The position numbers and the translations under genes were made by a program. From Elsinoe ampelina (lineage: Eukaryota), in assembly GCA_010093995.1 (NCBI GenBank), contig ML992509.1:1325850-1389849 (forward strand): a DNA stretch of 64,000 nucleotides. The letters are read 5' to 3'. Positions 24,110 to 36,218 of this stretch are shown in pieces. Numbering within the stretch: position 1 is the stretch's first letter; every line of letters begins with the position of its first letter. The notes below the pieces were generated by a model. It had not been told where the DNA came from, did not search any database, and saw only the letters and a program-made list of their open reading frames with translations.

Positions 24110-25030
24110 TCACATGAAGTCGTCGCTGTGGCTGGTCAGTGTGGTACCCATAATGTCAAACTGGTCAGGACTCACTCTTCGAGACCGTCATCATAGGCAG
24201 TCGTATCTGCCCTGGTGGCGACATCGCGGGAGGCTGACAGACTGGCTTTCGTCTTCGCGGCCTTGGTCTTCTTACCTCCCTTCTCAGCCGCCTTCTCCTC
24301 CTTCATCTTCTCGTTCGACAATGCTGTGAGGGCACTGGCTACTTTCTTGATCTGTTCTGACGGCAGGTCTTTCGATATTTGCTTGACAAATTCTGGGAGA
24401 AAGATGGTGTATTGGACGTGCTTGGAGTTCTGTGTCAGGAGGGGAACCAGCGTCTCACGAAGCTGGGTGAATTGCTCTTTGTTGACCGGCTTGAAGATCT
24501 GGAGTGAGGACAGGTCGATGGCGTTGGCCGGGTCGGCACCATTCTGAATGGTCACAGGTTTCGCGCCTCTCTTGTTGGAAATGCCTATGTTGCCAAAGAG
24601 GTCTTCAGCGTTCTTGAGATCGGCATCTTGTTCCGTCTTCCGTAAACGGGCCCTCCTCTCGGCCTCGTCTTCGTCCTCGCTGCTTTCTTCCCCCTCTTCT
24701 GCCAATCGTCGGCGCATTGCCTCCTGTCTCCGTTCTTCTATCCGCTGACTCTTGCTCTTGTGATTCGCCTTTGCCTCAGCCTCAGCCTTCGCCTTGGCTT
24801 CGGCGGCTTTCTTTGCCTTTTCGCGTTCCACTTCAGAGTCTTCCGCCGCATCCCATGATTCCAGCACATCCTCGTCGTCTTCTTCGTCGTCGAATTTGCC
24901 GCGACGGGTAGCGGCAACAGGGGGCGAGGAAGGTGGGGTGCTCTCGCTCTCCTCGTCGTCTGGGAGAAATGTTAGTCACGAATGACGCGGAGGGGTAATA
25001 AATCATACCCCACGTGTTAGGCGGCGCCAT
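24110..25030 (-). CDS. HCR1: Translation initiation factor eIF3 subunit J; 3 exons
   Basis: MAPPNTW|.., KFDDEEDDEDVLESWDAAED, DADLKNAEDLFG, NEKMKEEKAAEKGGKKTKAAK, terminal DDFM*. Confidence 0.93.
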
Positions 25031-25584
25031 GATCGCGACGGAGTTCCCTGACGGAGATCGTAGGAGTGATTAAGTGTAGTAAGATGCTGGCTCCGAGACT
25101 GCGGAAGTGAGGGAGAGTTTGAGGTTGCAGAGGCGATGTGTCGCGGTTGGGCATGAAAGGAGAAGGCAGTGGGGGGAACCGCGAACAATGAAATTTGGCA
25201 TCACACCCGGACATCATCATCCGGCGGGAAACGGGCAGACAGAACTCACCCTAACCCTTGCACAAGTCGGCCGTCGGGCCTGCCAAGCGATTGTCACGAG
25301 TGGTTTGCTGGAGCTCCTGTGCCAGGTCAGCTCCATCACAATTTCACGAAACGACTTTCGACTTCATAATCCATTGACTCCTTCATTCCATTTCATTCGC
25401 TCTGTATTCGCGCGAAGAGCCTCCAACTACGCTTAACGATCACACCTCTCATTTACCGCGACTGATTTTCGGGGCCTCTTCTCGGGCGGTTCGTCGCTCT
25501 CCAGCAAACAGGTCACGTTTCTTCACATCGCGACCTCGCTTGTGGATGAGGTAGTCCGGAGACCCGCGCTCTGTACTGGTCGCC

Positions 25585-28500
25585 ATGGCGCCTTTACCTA
25601 TCAAGTTCACAGAGCTGTTACAGCTCACACAGGCAGGCATAGATGTGAGCTCCTACGCACGAACCTCGTTGGAAAACACAAGCTAATATGCCACACAGCA
25701 AGCATCAATCGGATTCAATTCATGTGTAAGCTATCGCCGCGTTCCTACGTCAAGTATCAAACTAATTTCACCAGACTCTTGAATCCGATCATTATGTCTG
25801 CGTGCGCCAAAAGGCAGGTGAGGCCTCACCTGAGGTCATCATCATCAACCTCAAAAACAACAACTCCATCATCCGCAGACCAATCAAGGCCGACAGCGCG
25901 ATCATGCACTGGCACAAAGAAATCATCGCCCTGAAAGCACAGCAGCGCACTCTTCAGATCTTCGATCTAGGTGCCAAGGCAAAATTGAAGTCAACAACCA
26001 TGAACGAGGACGTGGTCTTCTGGAAATGGTTTGATGATAAGAGCTTGGGACTGGTGACAGATACTGGTGTGTACCACTGGAACATCATGGACGCTTCGCA
26101 GCAGACTCCAGTCAAAATGTTCGACCGCAACCAGAACCTCAACGGCTGCCAGATCATCAACTACCGTGTCAGCGACGATGAGAAGTGGATGGTCGTGGTT
26201 GGCATCTCGCAGCAGCAGGGTCGTGTCGTGGGCAGCATGCAGTTATACTCGAAGGAGCGCGGCATTAGTCAAGCTATTGAGGGCCATGCAGCTGCATTCG
26301 GCAAGATTCGTCTTGAAGGTGCACCCGCCGACTCCAAGCTCTTCACATTCGTCAACCGCTCAGCCACAGGTGCGAAGCTTCACATCGTCGAAGTCGACTA
26401 TCAACAAGGCAACCCTCAATTCACCAAGAAGAATGTCGATGTATACTTCCCTGCGGAAGCTACCAACGACTTCCCGGTCGCCATGCAGGTGTCGGACAAA
26501 TACAAGGTGATTTACATGGTCACCAAGTATGGATTCATTCATTTGTATGATCTGGAGACTGGTGTCTGTATCTTCATGAATCGTATCTCAAGCGACACCA
26601 TCTTCACAACCTCGCGAGATGACGAGTCCACCGGCATTGTGGGCATCAACCGCAAGGGTCAGGTCCTATCCGTCTCTTTGGACGAGACTACTGTCATTCC
26701 GTACCTCCTTCAAAACCCAGAGAACGGTGAGCTGGCGTACAAGTTGGCTTCACGTGGAGGGCTCCCCGGTGCGGATCAGCTATACCAGCAGCGTTTCGAC
26801 CAGCTCCTTTCCTCTGGCAACTACTCGGAAGCGGCAAAGACCGCAGCAAACTCACCACAAGGATTCCTCCGCACACCACAGACCATTGAGCAGTTTAAAG
26901 CAGTCCCTGCTCAACAGGGTCAGCTGTCCGTGATTCTCCAGTACTTCGGTATGCTTTTGGACAAGGGTAAGCTGAACCAACACGAAACGCTGGAACTTGC
27001 CCGCCCTGTGCTTCAACAAAATCGCAAACATCTGTTGGAAAAATGGATGTCAGAAGGAAAGCTTGGATGTTCGGAACAACTTGGAGATCTGGTCCGCCTG
27101 CATGATCTCAGCCTTGCCCTGCAAATATACCGCGAGGCCGGTACTTCGCAAAAGGTCATTGCTGCCATGGCTGAGACTGGCAACTTTGAGCAGATACTGC
27201 CGTACTCGAAGGAAGTGGGCTACACCCCAGACTTTAACGCCCTCCTTCAGCACATTGTCCGCGTAAATCCAGAACGCGGTGCAGAGTTCGCAACTTCGCT
27301 CGCCAAGGAAGACGCTGGACTCATTGACACTACGCGTGTGCTCGATATCTTCCAATCCCAAGGCATGATCCAGCAAGCCACTGCATTTGGACTTGATGTT
27401 CTCTCCGCCAATCGCGAAGAAGACGGGCCTCTCCAGACACGCCTCATCGAGATGAACTTGATGAACGCCCCTCAGGTCGCTGACGCCATCCTTGGAAATG
27501 AAATGTTCACACACTTCGACAAGCAGCGGATTGCAGGCCTTTGTGAACAGGCTGGCCTCCTCTCGCGTGCTCTTGAGCTCTACCAGGATCCTGCATCGAT
27601 CAAGCGAGTTATCGTGCAGACCGACAAGATCCCAGAGGAATTCATCATCAACTTCTTCGGCAAGCTCACCGTTGACCTCGCCCTGGATTGTCTCAATGAG
27701 ATGCTCAAGGTCAACATCCGCCAGAATCTTCAAGCCGTCATCAACGTCGCCAAGAAGTACTCCGACCTATTTGAGGCACACCGCATCATCGAGCTTTTGG
27801 AGAAGTACAGAACCGCCGAAGGCCTTTACTACTACCTGGGTGGCATCGTGAACATGACTGAAGACAAGGAAGTCACGTTCAAGTACATTGAAGCTGCCAC
27901 CGCGATGGGCCAAATGCAAGAGGTTGAACGCATCTGCCGGGACTCCAACTTTTATGATCCCGAGAAGGTCAAGAACTTCCTCAAGGAAGCGAAGCTCACC
28001 GAGCAGCTGCCTTTGATCATCGTTTGTGATCGCTTCAACTTCGTGCACGACCTGGTTCTCTACCTTTACAAGAATCAGCAATTCAAGTCGATCGAGGTCT
28101 ACGTCCAAAGGGTCAATCCTGGTCGCACTCCTGGTGTCGTCGGCGGTCTCCTGGATGTCGACTGCGACGAGAGTATCATCAAAAATCTGCTTTCATCCGT
28201 CACACCAGCGTCTGTTCCCGTCGATGAACTTGTGGCAGAAGTCGAGTCCCGCAATAGGCTCAAGCTTCTCCTTCCCTTCCTCGAGAGCACGTTGGCGCAA
28301 GGCAACCAACAGCAGGCTGTGTACAATGCTCTCGCGAAGATCTACATTGACAGCAACAACGATCCGGAGAAGTTCTTGAAGGAGAACGACCAATACGACT
28401 CTCTCGTGGTTGGTAAATACTGCGAGAAGCGTGATCCAAATCTTGCATTCATTGCCTACCGCAAAGGTCAAAACGACCTCGAACTCATCAACATCACCAA

Positions 28501-30820
28501 CGAAAACTCCATGTTTAGGGCACAAGCTAGATACCTGCTCGAACGCGAAGATCTGGAGATCTGGAACTATGTACTCAGCGCCAACAACATTCACCGTCGC
28601 TCGCTTGTCGACCAAGTTACAGCCACTGCGGTCCCGGAGAGCACGGATCCCGAGAAGGTCTCTATCGCTGTCAAGGCGTTCATCGATGCAGACATGCCGA
28701 CAGAGCTCATCGAGCTACTTGAGAAGATCATCCTCGAGCCCACAACATTCAGCGACAATGCCAATCTGCAGAATCTGCTCATGCTCACTGCGTGCAAATC
28801 TGATCGCGGTCGTGTTGCTGGTTACATCCAGAACCTCAACGAGTATAGCCCGGAGGACATTGCACAACAGTGTATCGAAGTGGGCATGTACGAAGAGGCA
28901 TTCTTGATCCACAAGAAGGCTGGCGATCATCTTGCTGCCTCTAATGTCTTGGTCGAGCATGTTGTCAGCATCGACAGAGCCCAAGAGTATGCCGAGCAGG
29001 TCGAGATCCCTGAAGTGTGGAGCAGAGTCGGTAAGGCTCAGCTCGACGGTCTCCGCGTCACAGATGCCATCGACTCTTACATCCGCGCCAACGATGCGTC
29101 CAACTACAACGAAGTGATCGAGATTGCCACTCATGCTGGCAAGGACGAAGACCTCATCAAGTTCCTCCGCATGGCCAGGAAGACACTGCGGGAGCCTCCC
29201 ATCGACACCGCTCTTGCTTTCTGTTTCGCCAGGACAAATCAGTTGCCTGAGCTCGAAGACTTCCTCAGGTCGTCCAACGTCGCCGACATCGAGACGTCCG
29301 GTGACAAGGCATACGAGGAGGGGTACCATGAGGCGGCCAAAATCTTCTTCAGCAGCATCTCTAACTGGGCCAAGCTTGCTACAACCCTGGTCCACCTTGA
29401 GGACTACCAAGCTGCAGTCGAATGCGCACGCAAAGCCAACAGCGTCAAGGTCTGGAAGCAAGTCAACGAAGCATGTGTTGCGAAGAAGGAGTTCCGTCTC
29501 GCGCAGATCTGTGGCCTTAACCTCATAGTACATGCCGACGAGCTGGCCGATCTTGTCAAGCAGTACGAGTACAATGGCTACTTTGACGAGCTCATCTCCC
29601 TCTTGGAGGCTGGTCTTGGTCTGGAGCGTGCTCACATGGGTATGTTCACTGAGCTCGGAATCGCCTTGTCGAAATACCACCCTGATCGCGTGATGGAGCA
29701 TCTACGTATCTTCTGGGGCAGAATCAACATCCCCAAGGCTATCAAGGCCTGCGAAGAAGCTCATCTGTGGCCAGAACTTGTCTTCCTCTACGCGCACTAC
29801 GACGAATGGGACAATGCTGCACTTGCCATGATGGAGCGTGCAGCTGATGCCTGGGAGCACCACGCCTTCAAGGACACTGTCGTCAAGGTCGCTAATCTCG
29901 AGATCTACTACCGCGCACTCAACTTCTACCTCGAAGAACAACCGTCTCTCCTCACCGATCTGCTGCAAGCTCTCACTCCCCGCATCGACGTTAACCGCGT
30001 TGTTCGCATGTTCGAAAAGTCGGACAACATTCCTCTCATCAAGCCATTCCTTCTCAACGTTCAGAGCCAGAATAAGCGTGCTGTCAATGACGCTATCAAT
30101 GACCTGCTCATTGAAGAAGAGGACTACAAGGTGCTGCGTGATTCGGTGGAGAACTACGACAACTACGAGGCGATCGCGCTGGCTCAGCGTCTCGAGAAGC
30201 ACGACCTCGTCTTCTTCAGACAGATCGCTGCGACCATCTACCGCAAGAATAAGCGTTGGGACAAGAGCATCGCACTCTCCAAGCAGGACAAACTCTTCAA
30301 GGATGCCATCGAGACCGCTGCCATGTCCGGCAAGACTGACGTGGTTGAAGAGCTCTTACGCTACGTAGGTCATCCTGACATTTAATATTTGGAACATACT
30401 GACTATTTACAGTTCGTCGACATTGGAAGCCGCGAGTGCTTCGTAGGTATGCTTTATGCCTGCTATGAACTCATCCCGCTTCACACCGTCATGGAACTTT
30501 CATGGCGCCACCAGCTAACAGACTTCACCATGGTACGTCGAATTCGAAGGTTGATAGATGTAGGACTAACTTGATCGCAGCCCTTTATGATCAATTACCT
30601 CGCCCAGCAGGCCTCCACCATAGAGATTCTCAAGAAGGATAACGAGGAGCGCAAAGCAAGGGAGGCGACTCAACAACAGGACGACGATACCAAGCCCATC
30701 CTTGGCGGATCTCGTCTGATGCTTACTCAGGGCCCAATGGCGCAGTCTTCGACCCCAGCGCCCTACGGTCAGACCAATGGTGTGCTCCCTCAGCCGACCG
30801 GCTATGGAGGATTCAGATAG
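25585..30820 (+). CDS. CHC1: Clathrin heavy chain; 5 exons including a 27-nt microexon at 25699-25725
   Basis: MAPLPIKFTELLQL, IGFNSC|TLESDHYVCVR, RRPIKADSAIMH, CHCR repeats, and C-terminal introns at ~30365-30411 and ~30533-30580. Confidence 0.98.
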
Positions 30821-31363
30821 AGAGGTGTAGACGAGCGCTTGTTGATGATTCCGCTTCCTCATGCTGCCAAAGGCCAGGGCTAGTCCCATGGACAGTGAGC
30901 ATGAGGGGCCTTCCATTTGAACTTTGTGGTTTCTCTACGGAGGACCCAGTTCAGCACCATGTAATCTAGTTCAGTCCAAAACATAGCTTCGCGGAGTATG
31001 GAAGTTATGATGTCTCAGAAGACCTGTAGTGCTTTGACCGTGAATGCTCGTTTTGCAGCTGTTCTGCTGGACCTCTCCGAATGATTGCTTGAGCACGGGC
31101 CAGCTTTCACATGTCAAGTTTTTGCAGCAAACGCACATGGATCTCGACTGTTCAGGCACAAACGTGTCAGCAAAGCGGAGAAAAGATCCACACTCTTTCG
31201 TCACAGTGTGTGAGATCCCGCAACACTCTTTTATGTTTTGTTTCCGTCGTACACAAGAGTCACGCGATCCGATTTTGCTGACACACATACATGATCCTTC
31301 ATCTTTGAGTACTTCTCGACATTCGCTGAGCACAACTCCTCACTGCAATCTTTCACAACAACA

Positions 31364-32591
31364 ATGACAGAAGACATCCTCCGTCCCCGCCCCCGCCGAC
31401 CCTTCAGCCTCACCAACACCCCAGACACAGCACACTCCTCGCGCCCATCCTCCCCATCCATCCGCGACCAACCCTCCTCCCCCAACCTCACCACCGGCGC
31501 CGCCGGCGAAGACCACACCTCCCCTCCCTCCCGCACCCGCTCCATCCTCAACCTCACCTCCTCCACCCTCTTCGGCATCTACTCCCCCACAGGCTACCCG
31601 GACAAGGACGACCCTGGCACCCCGTTCGGCACGGACACACCCTTCGACAGCCGCTCCCGCTCACGAGCACCCAGCCAGCCGGACGGTGCAGGGTTGGGCC
31701 TCGATACCGCGGCGTGGGAAGAGCGGACGAGGAGGAGAAGGAGTAGCGTGCTGGACACGTCGGCCAAGAGGACGAGGCAGAGGGAGCAATTAAGGAGGCA
31801 GAGTAGTTATGCGAAGAAAAAGGCGGGGAGGGGGTGGTTTGGGTTGGTGGGGAGGAGTGTAGCGTTGGGGACCATGGGGGTGTGCTATGGGGTGTTGATC
31901 GGGCATTTGCATGATCGGAGGAATATAGCGCCGGTCAAGGTGGAGGGGATCAGGAGGCAGAGCTGGGTGTACTTGGCTTTCTGGGGTGTGGTGGCTGTTG
32001 CATTGGGAGGTTTGCTGCCGTTACTGGACGGGGTGTGGGAGGGGGAGGGGGAGGAGGTGAGGGAGGATCAGGTCGAGGGCAAGGAGCAGAAGAGGGAGAA
32101 GCCGAGACGGGGAGGGTGGGCGCCGGAGTGGAATGATGTGGTGAGGAGCATCGGGGCTTTTGTGGGCATCGCATTTGCCATTGTAAGTGATCATGCATCA
32201 ACTTTGAGAAGACATACTGACGATGACGCAGCGACGTCTACCATGGCAATCGACCCTCCAGCTGTCCCTGACTCTAGCCCTTTCGAATCCAGCTATCTGG
32301 TATCTGCTCGATCGCACTCCACCCGGCCTCGTCTTCTCCACCACAGTCGCCCTATCCGGCACCGCTCTCTGCCTGGCCATCAACCCCAACCTCATCCCAC
32401 CACCATCAGGCCTGGATGTTGTACGCTCGGGAACGTTGACTGCCAACGCCAGCTCAATCGGAGCAGCAGCCGCAAGCCAGGATTTCGTGGCAGGTATCTT
32501 CAGTCACGAGAGCGTGGGAGTGGCGACGTGGATTGCCAGCGTGCTCTTCGTGAGCTGCGTTTGCTTTGGCAACATTGGGAGGCGGCTTTGA
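31364..32591 (+). CDS. INSIG family (Nsg1/Ins1-like) ER membrane protein; intron 32183-32231
   Basis: SRTRSILNLTSSTLFGIYSPT, YGVLIGHLHD, WNDVVRSIGAFVGIAFAI|RRLPWQSTLQ, NPAIWYLLDRT, VCFGNIGRRL. Confidence 0.9.
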
Positions 32592-32918
32592 AGCCGGCCC
32601 AAGACCCCCATGAGAGTGTCTGGGTGTGTGTGATTTGATCTGGAAGCGTTTCATGCGGTCATAGCGGGACTATCTGGTGTATCCATCTTTTTCCTCTGGA
32701 CGAAATTTGCTTGTTTGAGAACAGTGTTCGTGCTCCTGTATTGCCTGCACTTGGGTTGTGATGCGGTGCTATCCATGATGATACCTTCGTGTCTGATAAA
32801 TGTTTGAATACCACAGGCCAAAACGTGCTCAAAGAGGATCTTTTGCAAGTCTATGTCATTGATATCGTCCCCTTTCCAAAACGCCAACGCTATGCCCGAA
32901 CTTTCATCGACCTCTGAT

Positions 32919-33686
32919 TTAGAATCTCTCCTTCATCCTCGCCGCCACTGTCCTCAAGTTCCCATACACCTTCCCCGGCTGACTGCCCAAAATCAGACTC
33001 ACCACCGCCTCCCTCGCCACATGGATGTTCTTGAACCCTCCCAGAATATGCACCTTCTGATCCGCCAGCACAATCCTCGTCCGACTGGCATTCTCGATCG
33101 CGAACTTTGTCCGCCCGTCCTTGCCTGCTATCCGTCCAATGGCTCGCGACAAGTGCTCTCCTTGCAGCGTCTTGACGTCCTTGATTTCGAAGGTCTCAAT
33201 GTAGAGGTCGTCCAGCCGTAACAGGGCAATGGCATCGTCCACGTCGAATCCCAGGCAGAAAGCGGTGATGAAGTCTGCGCCCTTTTGCAGCGCTCCGGTG
33301 TCGTCGGTGTGTTTCGAGGTGCGAAGTTCGACGGCTTTTGATTTCACGTTCATCCGTACTTGGAGCTTGAGATGCTCGACGAGGGGTGGGTAGATCTTGG
33401 TCCATTGCGACTTGAGGGGAGACATGCGGTGGGGTGGCACAGGGACTTTGCGAGATTCTGCGCGGTGACTGATGGCACCAGGGGTCTCGGGGGTGAAGAG
33501 AGGGGCAGTGCCACTGTCAATGTCCATGTCGAGAGGGGCGTCGGGTTGTGCGTCGGTGGTGGTGGGGTTGGCGAGGGAGAGGACGACGTCGTCGTCGTCA
33601 TTCTGGACTGGAAGAACAGGTTGAGCGGGTTCGATCTCGGCAGCGAGAGCCTCGGGGGCGCGCTGGAGCGCAGTAGGTGCAGGCAT
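32919..33686 (-). CDS. PNO1: Pre-rRNA-processing KH-domain protein Pno1/Dim2
   Basis: RKVPVPPHRMSPLK, GFDVDDAIALLRLDDLY, HLSRAIGRIAGKDG, GSQPGKVYGNLR. Confidence 0.97.
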   Translation of the reverse strand: MPAPTALQRAPEALAAEIEPAQPVLPVQNDDDDVVLSLANPTTTDAQPDAPLDMDIDSGTAPLFTPETPGAISHRAESRKVPVPPHRMSPLKSQWTKIYPPLVEHLKLQVRMNVKSKAVELRTSKHTDDTGALQKGADFITAFCLGFDVDDAIALLRLDDLYIETFEIKDVKTLQGEHLSRAIGRIAGKDGRTKFAIENASRTRIVLADQKVHILGGFKNIHVAREAVVSLILGSQPGKVYGNLRTVAARMKERF

Positions 33687-33957
33687 GGTTGCAGCGGTGT
33701 CTTCGACCAGTATTGCTCATTGTCGGTCAAAGTGAAATCGCTGTATGGCCTGCCACTTTTTCTGCCAGCGGTGAGAAAGCTGGGCGAGCATGAGCCGGAG
33801 CGAATCAGAGATGGCCCAAAACTGCTTGGAGAAGCACAGACCACTTCTGGCGAAACCCTTCGATCTCGAATCTTTCTCGTCGACCAGGATAGCACTCAAG
33901 GTTGACATCCCCACCTCGCCCAATACACGCCCGGAGTCGTCGAAGCTCATCAGCAAG

Positions 33958-35111
33958 ATGCTCTTCAAGTCTGGACAGTCAGCGGCGCGCGCGGCCGCGA
34001 CGATTCGCAATGCATTGAACTCAACAAAGGTACACACCCAAAACACCCAGCACTCCCGAGGTCTACGTCTAGACATCAAATCAGTCACGATACATCAGGT
34101 TGATCGATTCATTGTCAAACACTGACATTCTGACAGCGTAACGCATCCACATCAAGCAATGGCGAGGCATCACAGTGGCGGACGACTGCCGTCGGATCTG
34201 GCGCAACCCTTCTCGCTGTTGGATCTGTTGGATGGTATTACCACATGTTTGGCCGATCCGCAGCTGCCATGACACCCGCGGAAGAAGGGTGAGTTGACCC
34301 AAAGAACACGGAAATATGGGTGGGACTGATATATCCACAGCCTTCACGCTACCAAGTACCCCTGGGAGCACGAGAAGCTCGCAAAGACCTACGACCATCA
34401 AGCATTGCGAAGAGGTTTCCAGGTCTACCGCGAGGTCTGCGCATCCTGCCATTCTCTCCAGCGCATCCCGTACCGGACACTGGTTGGTTCTATCATGACT
34501 GTGGATGAGGCCAAGGTTTTGGCAGAAGAGAACGAATACGACACCGAGCCCAACGACGAGGGAGAGATTGAGAAGAGGCCAGGAAAGCTTTCGGACTATA
34601 TTCCGTCGCCTTACAAGAACGACGAGGCCGCCCGTGCTGCCAACAACGGTGCTCTGCCCCCAGATCTCAGCTTGATGGTCAAGGCCAGGCACGGTGGTTG
34701 CAACTATATCTTTTCGCTTCTCACTGGGTACCCCGAAGAGCCTCCTGCTGGCGCGACTGTCCAATCTGGTCTCAACTTCAACCCATACTTCCCCGGTACC
34801 GGTATCGCTATGGCCCGTGTGCTCTATGACGGCCTTGTCGAGTACGAGGATGGCACTCCGGCCACCACCTCGCAGATGGCCAAGGACGTTGTTGAGTTTC
34901 TGAACTGGACCGCCGAGCCCGAGATGGACGAGCGCAAGAAGATGGGCTGGAAGGTCATGGCTGTCGGCACTGTGCTCTTTGCCTTGAGCGTGTGGGTCAA
35001 GAGGTATGTTTGTCAGATCTTGTCATTGACGTATGTACACTAACAACTTTCTCCAGGTACAAGTGGTCCAACATCAAGACCCGCAAGATTATCTACAACC
35101 CACCCAAGTAA
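33958..35111 (+). CDS. CYT1: Mitochondrial cytochrome c1; 4 exons
   Basis: Presequence MLFKSGQSAARAAA, heme motif CASCH, GALPPDLSL, FNPYFPG, AEPEMDERKKMG and a C-terminal TM segment. Confidence 0.97.
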
Positions 35112-35508
35112 AGATGAATACATGATGGAGGATGCTGGTAGATAGGTTCGTGTAAAGAAACGGAGTTTACGTTTGCATGCAGCTAGCGTGGACGCGTTGA
35201 TGCTCAGTAGCATAGATCTTCATGGCTGACATATCAGCCTCCTTTCTTTTTCCGCTGTAAATCAATCATGTTCAAACCATCCTTTGTGTTGTATTTGCGT
35301 CTTGTTCATGAGCAAGGACTCTAGCCTTGCATGAGTGGGTTCGCGTGGATGTTTCGGCCCTCAGATGCCACTACACAGCTTCTATGCCATCAATCGCCCC
35401 TTCCCAACAACGTCAAACCACGTGATAGCATCGTTAACGTGAACCCACCTTGTCGAGGTTTAACAACGGCCGAACCCACCTGTTCCTGCCAAGAACTTCT
35501 CCGAGCGC

Positions 35509-35671
35509 TGATGGCACTGGACTCAGAACTTGATAAAGGACGTGATTACTTGACGGTTAACTATCTGACGATGAAATCTGGCTAAGTACGTGCAAACTTG
35601 CTACCCTTCCTAAAAGGGTTTAGCGGCTGACAAAGCGCTTTCCCAAAGGCCAGCCAAACTTGCCGTCCGCA
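35509..35671 (-). repeat. 3' LTR of outer Gypsy element (163 bp, TG..CA)
   Basis: Matches 52940-53102 at all but 3 positions, all RIP-type. Preceded by TSD GCGC (35505-35508). Confidence 0.93.
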
Positions 35672-36218
35672 ACACTGCCAGGTTAGAAAGATCGCTGTTG
35701 CCGGCAGGCTGAGTGGCAACTCAAGCCAGCCTGGCAAGCAGTCGATGATTGTCATTTAGCCTAGATATCAACTCCATATTCCCTCCGCAAGCATCCTCGT
35801 CCTTCCTTTTACTAGGGGGGGGGAAACTATCTATCGTAGTAAAAAGAGGTATAAACTAGTAAATATGTAGTGCTAGAAAGGGGCAGTGAATCGTGCTCGG
35901 AAAGCTCTCGAAAGCTGCTAATAATAATATATATACTGTCGTAAATGTTGTTAATTATAATTGCTTAAACGCTTGTTAAAGAAGAGAAATAGTAGGTCGT
36001 TAGACCCTTATCTAGCATCTAGCTAGGCATCTAGCTCTATCGGAGCTAGGTATCCCCTACTATCCGGTAGAGAGAAAGAGAAGACTATAAACTATTAACT
36101 ATTAAGAGTTACTGTGTAAAAGCTATATATTAGAGAATAGTAACTTACTATCTATGTTAAGCTACACCTATAAGTTGTTATATATACGAGTAGGATTATT
36201 GTTCTAAGCTATAAAACC

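Noticed and set aside
27050..30202. Long antisense ORFs opposite CHC1 (also opposite GAP1, SHR3 and CYT1)
   Set aside because: Expected shadow ORFs from strong C-ending codon bias; no recognisable motifs.
35441..35482. Short repeat gaacccacct near the left LTR
   Set aside because: Only 10 bp and outside the TSD; no demonstrable link to the insertion.
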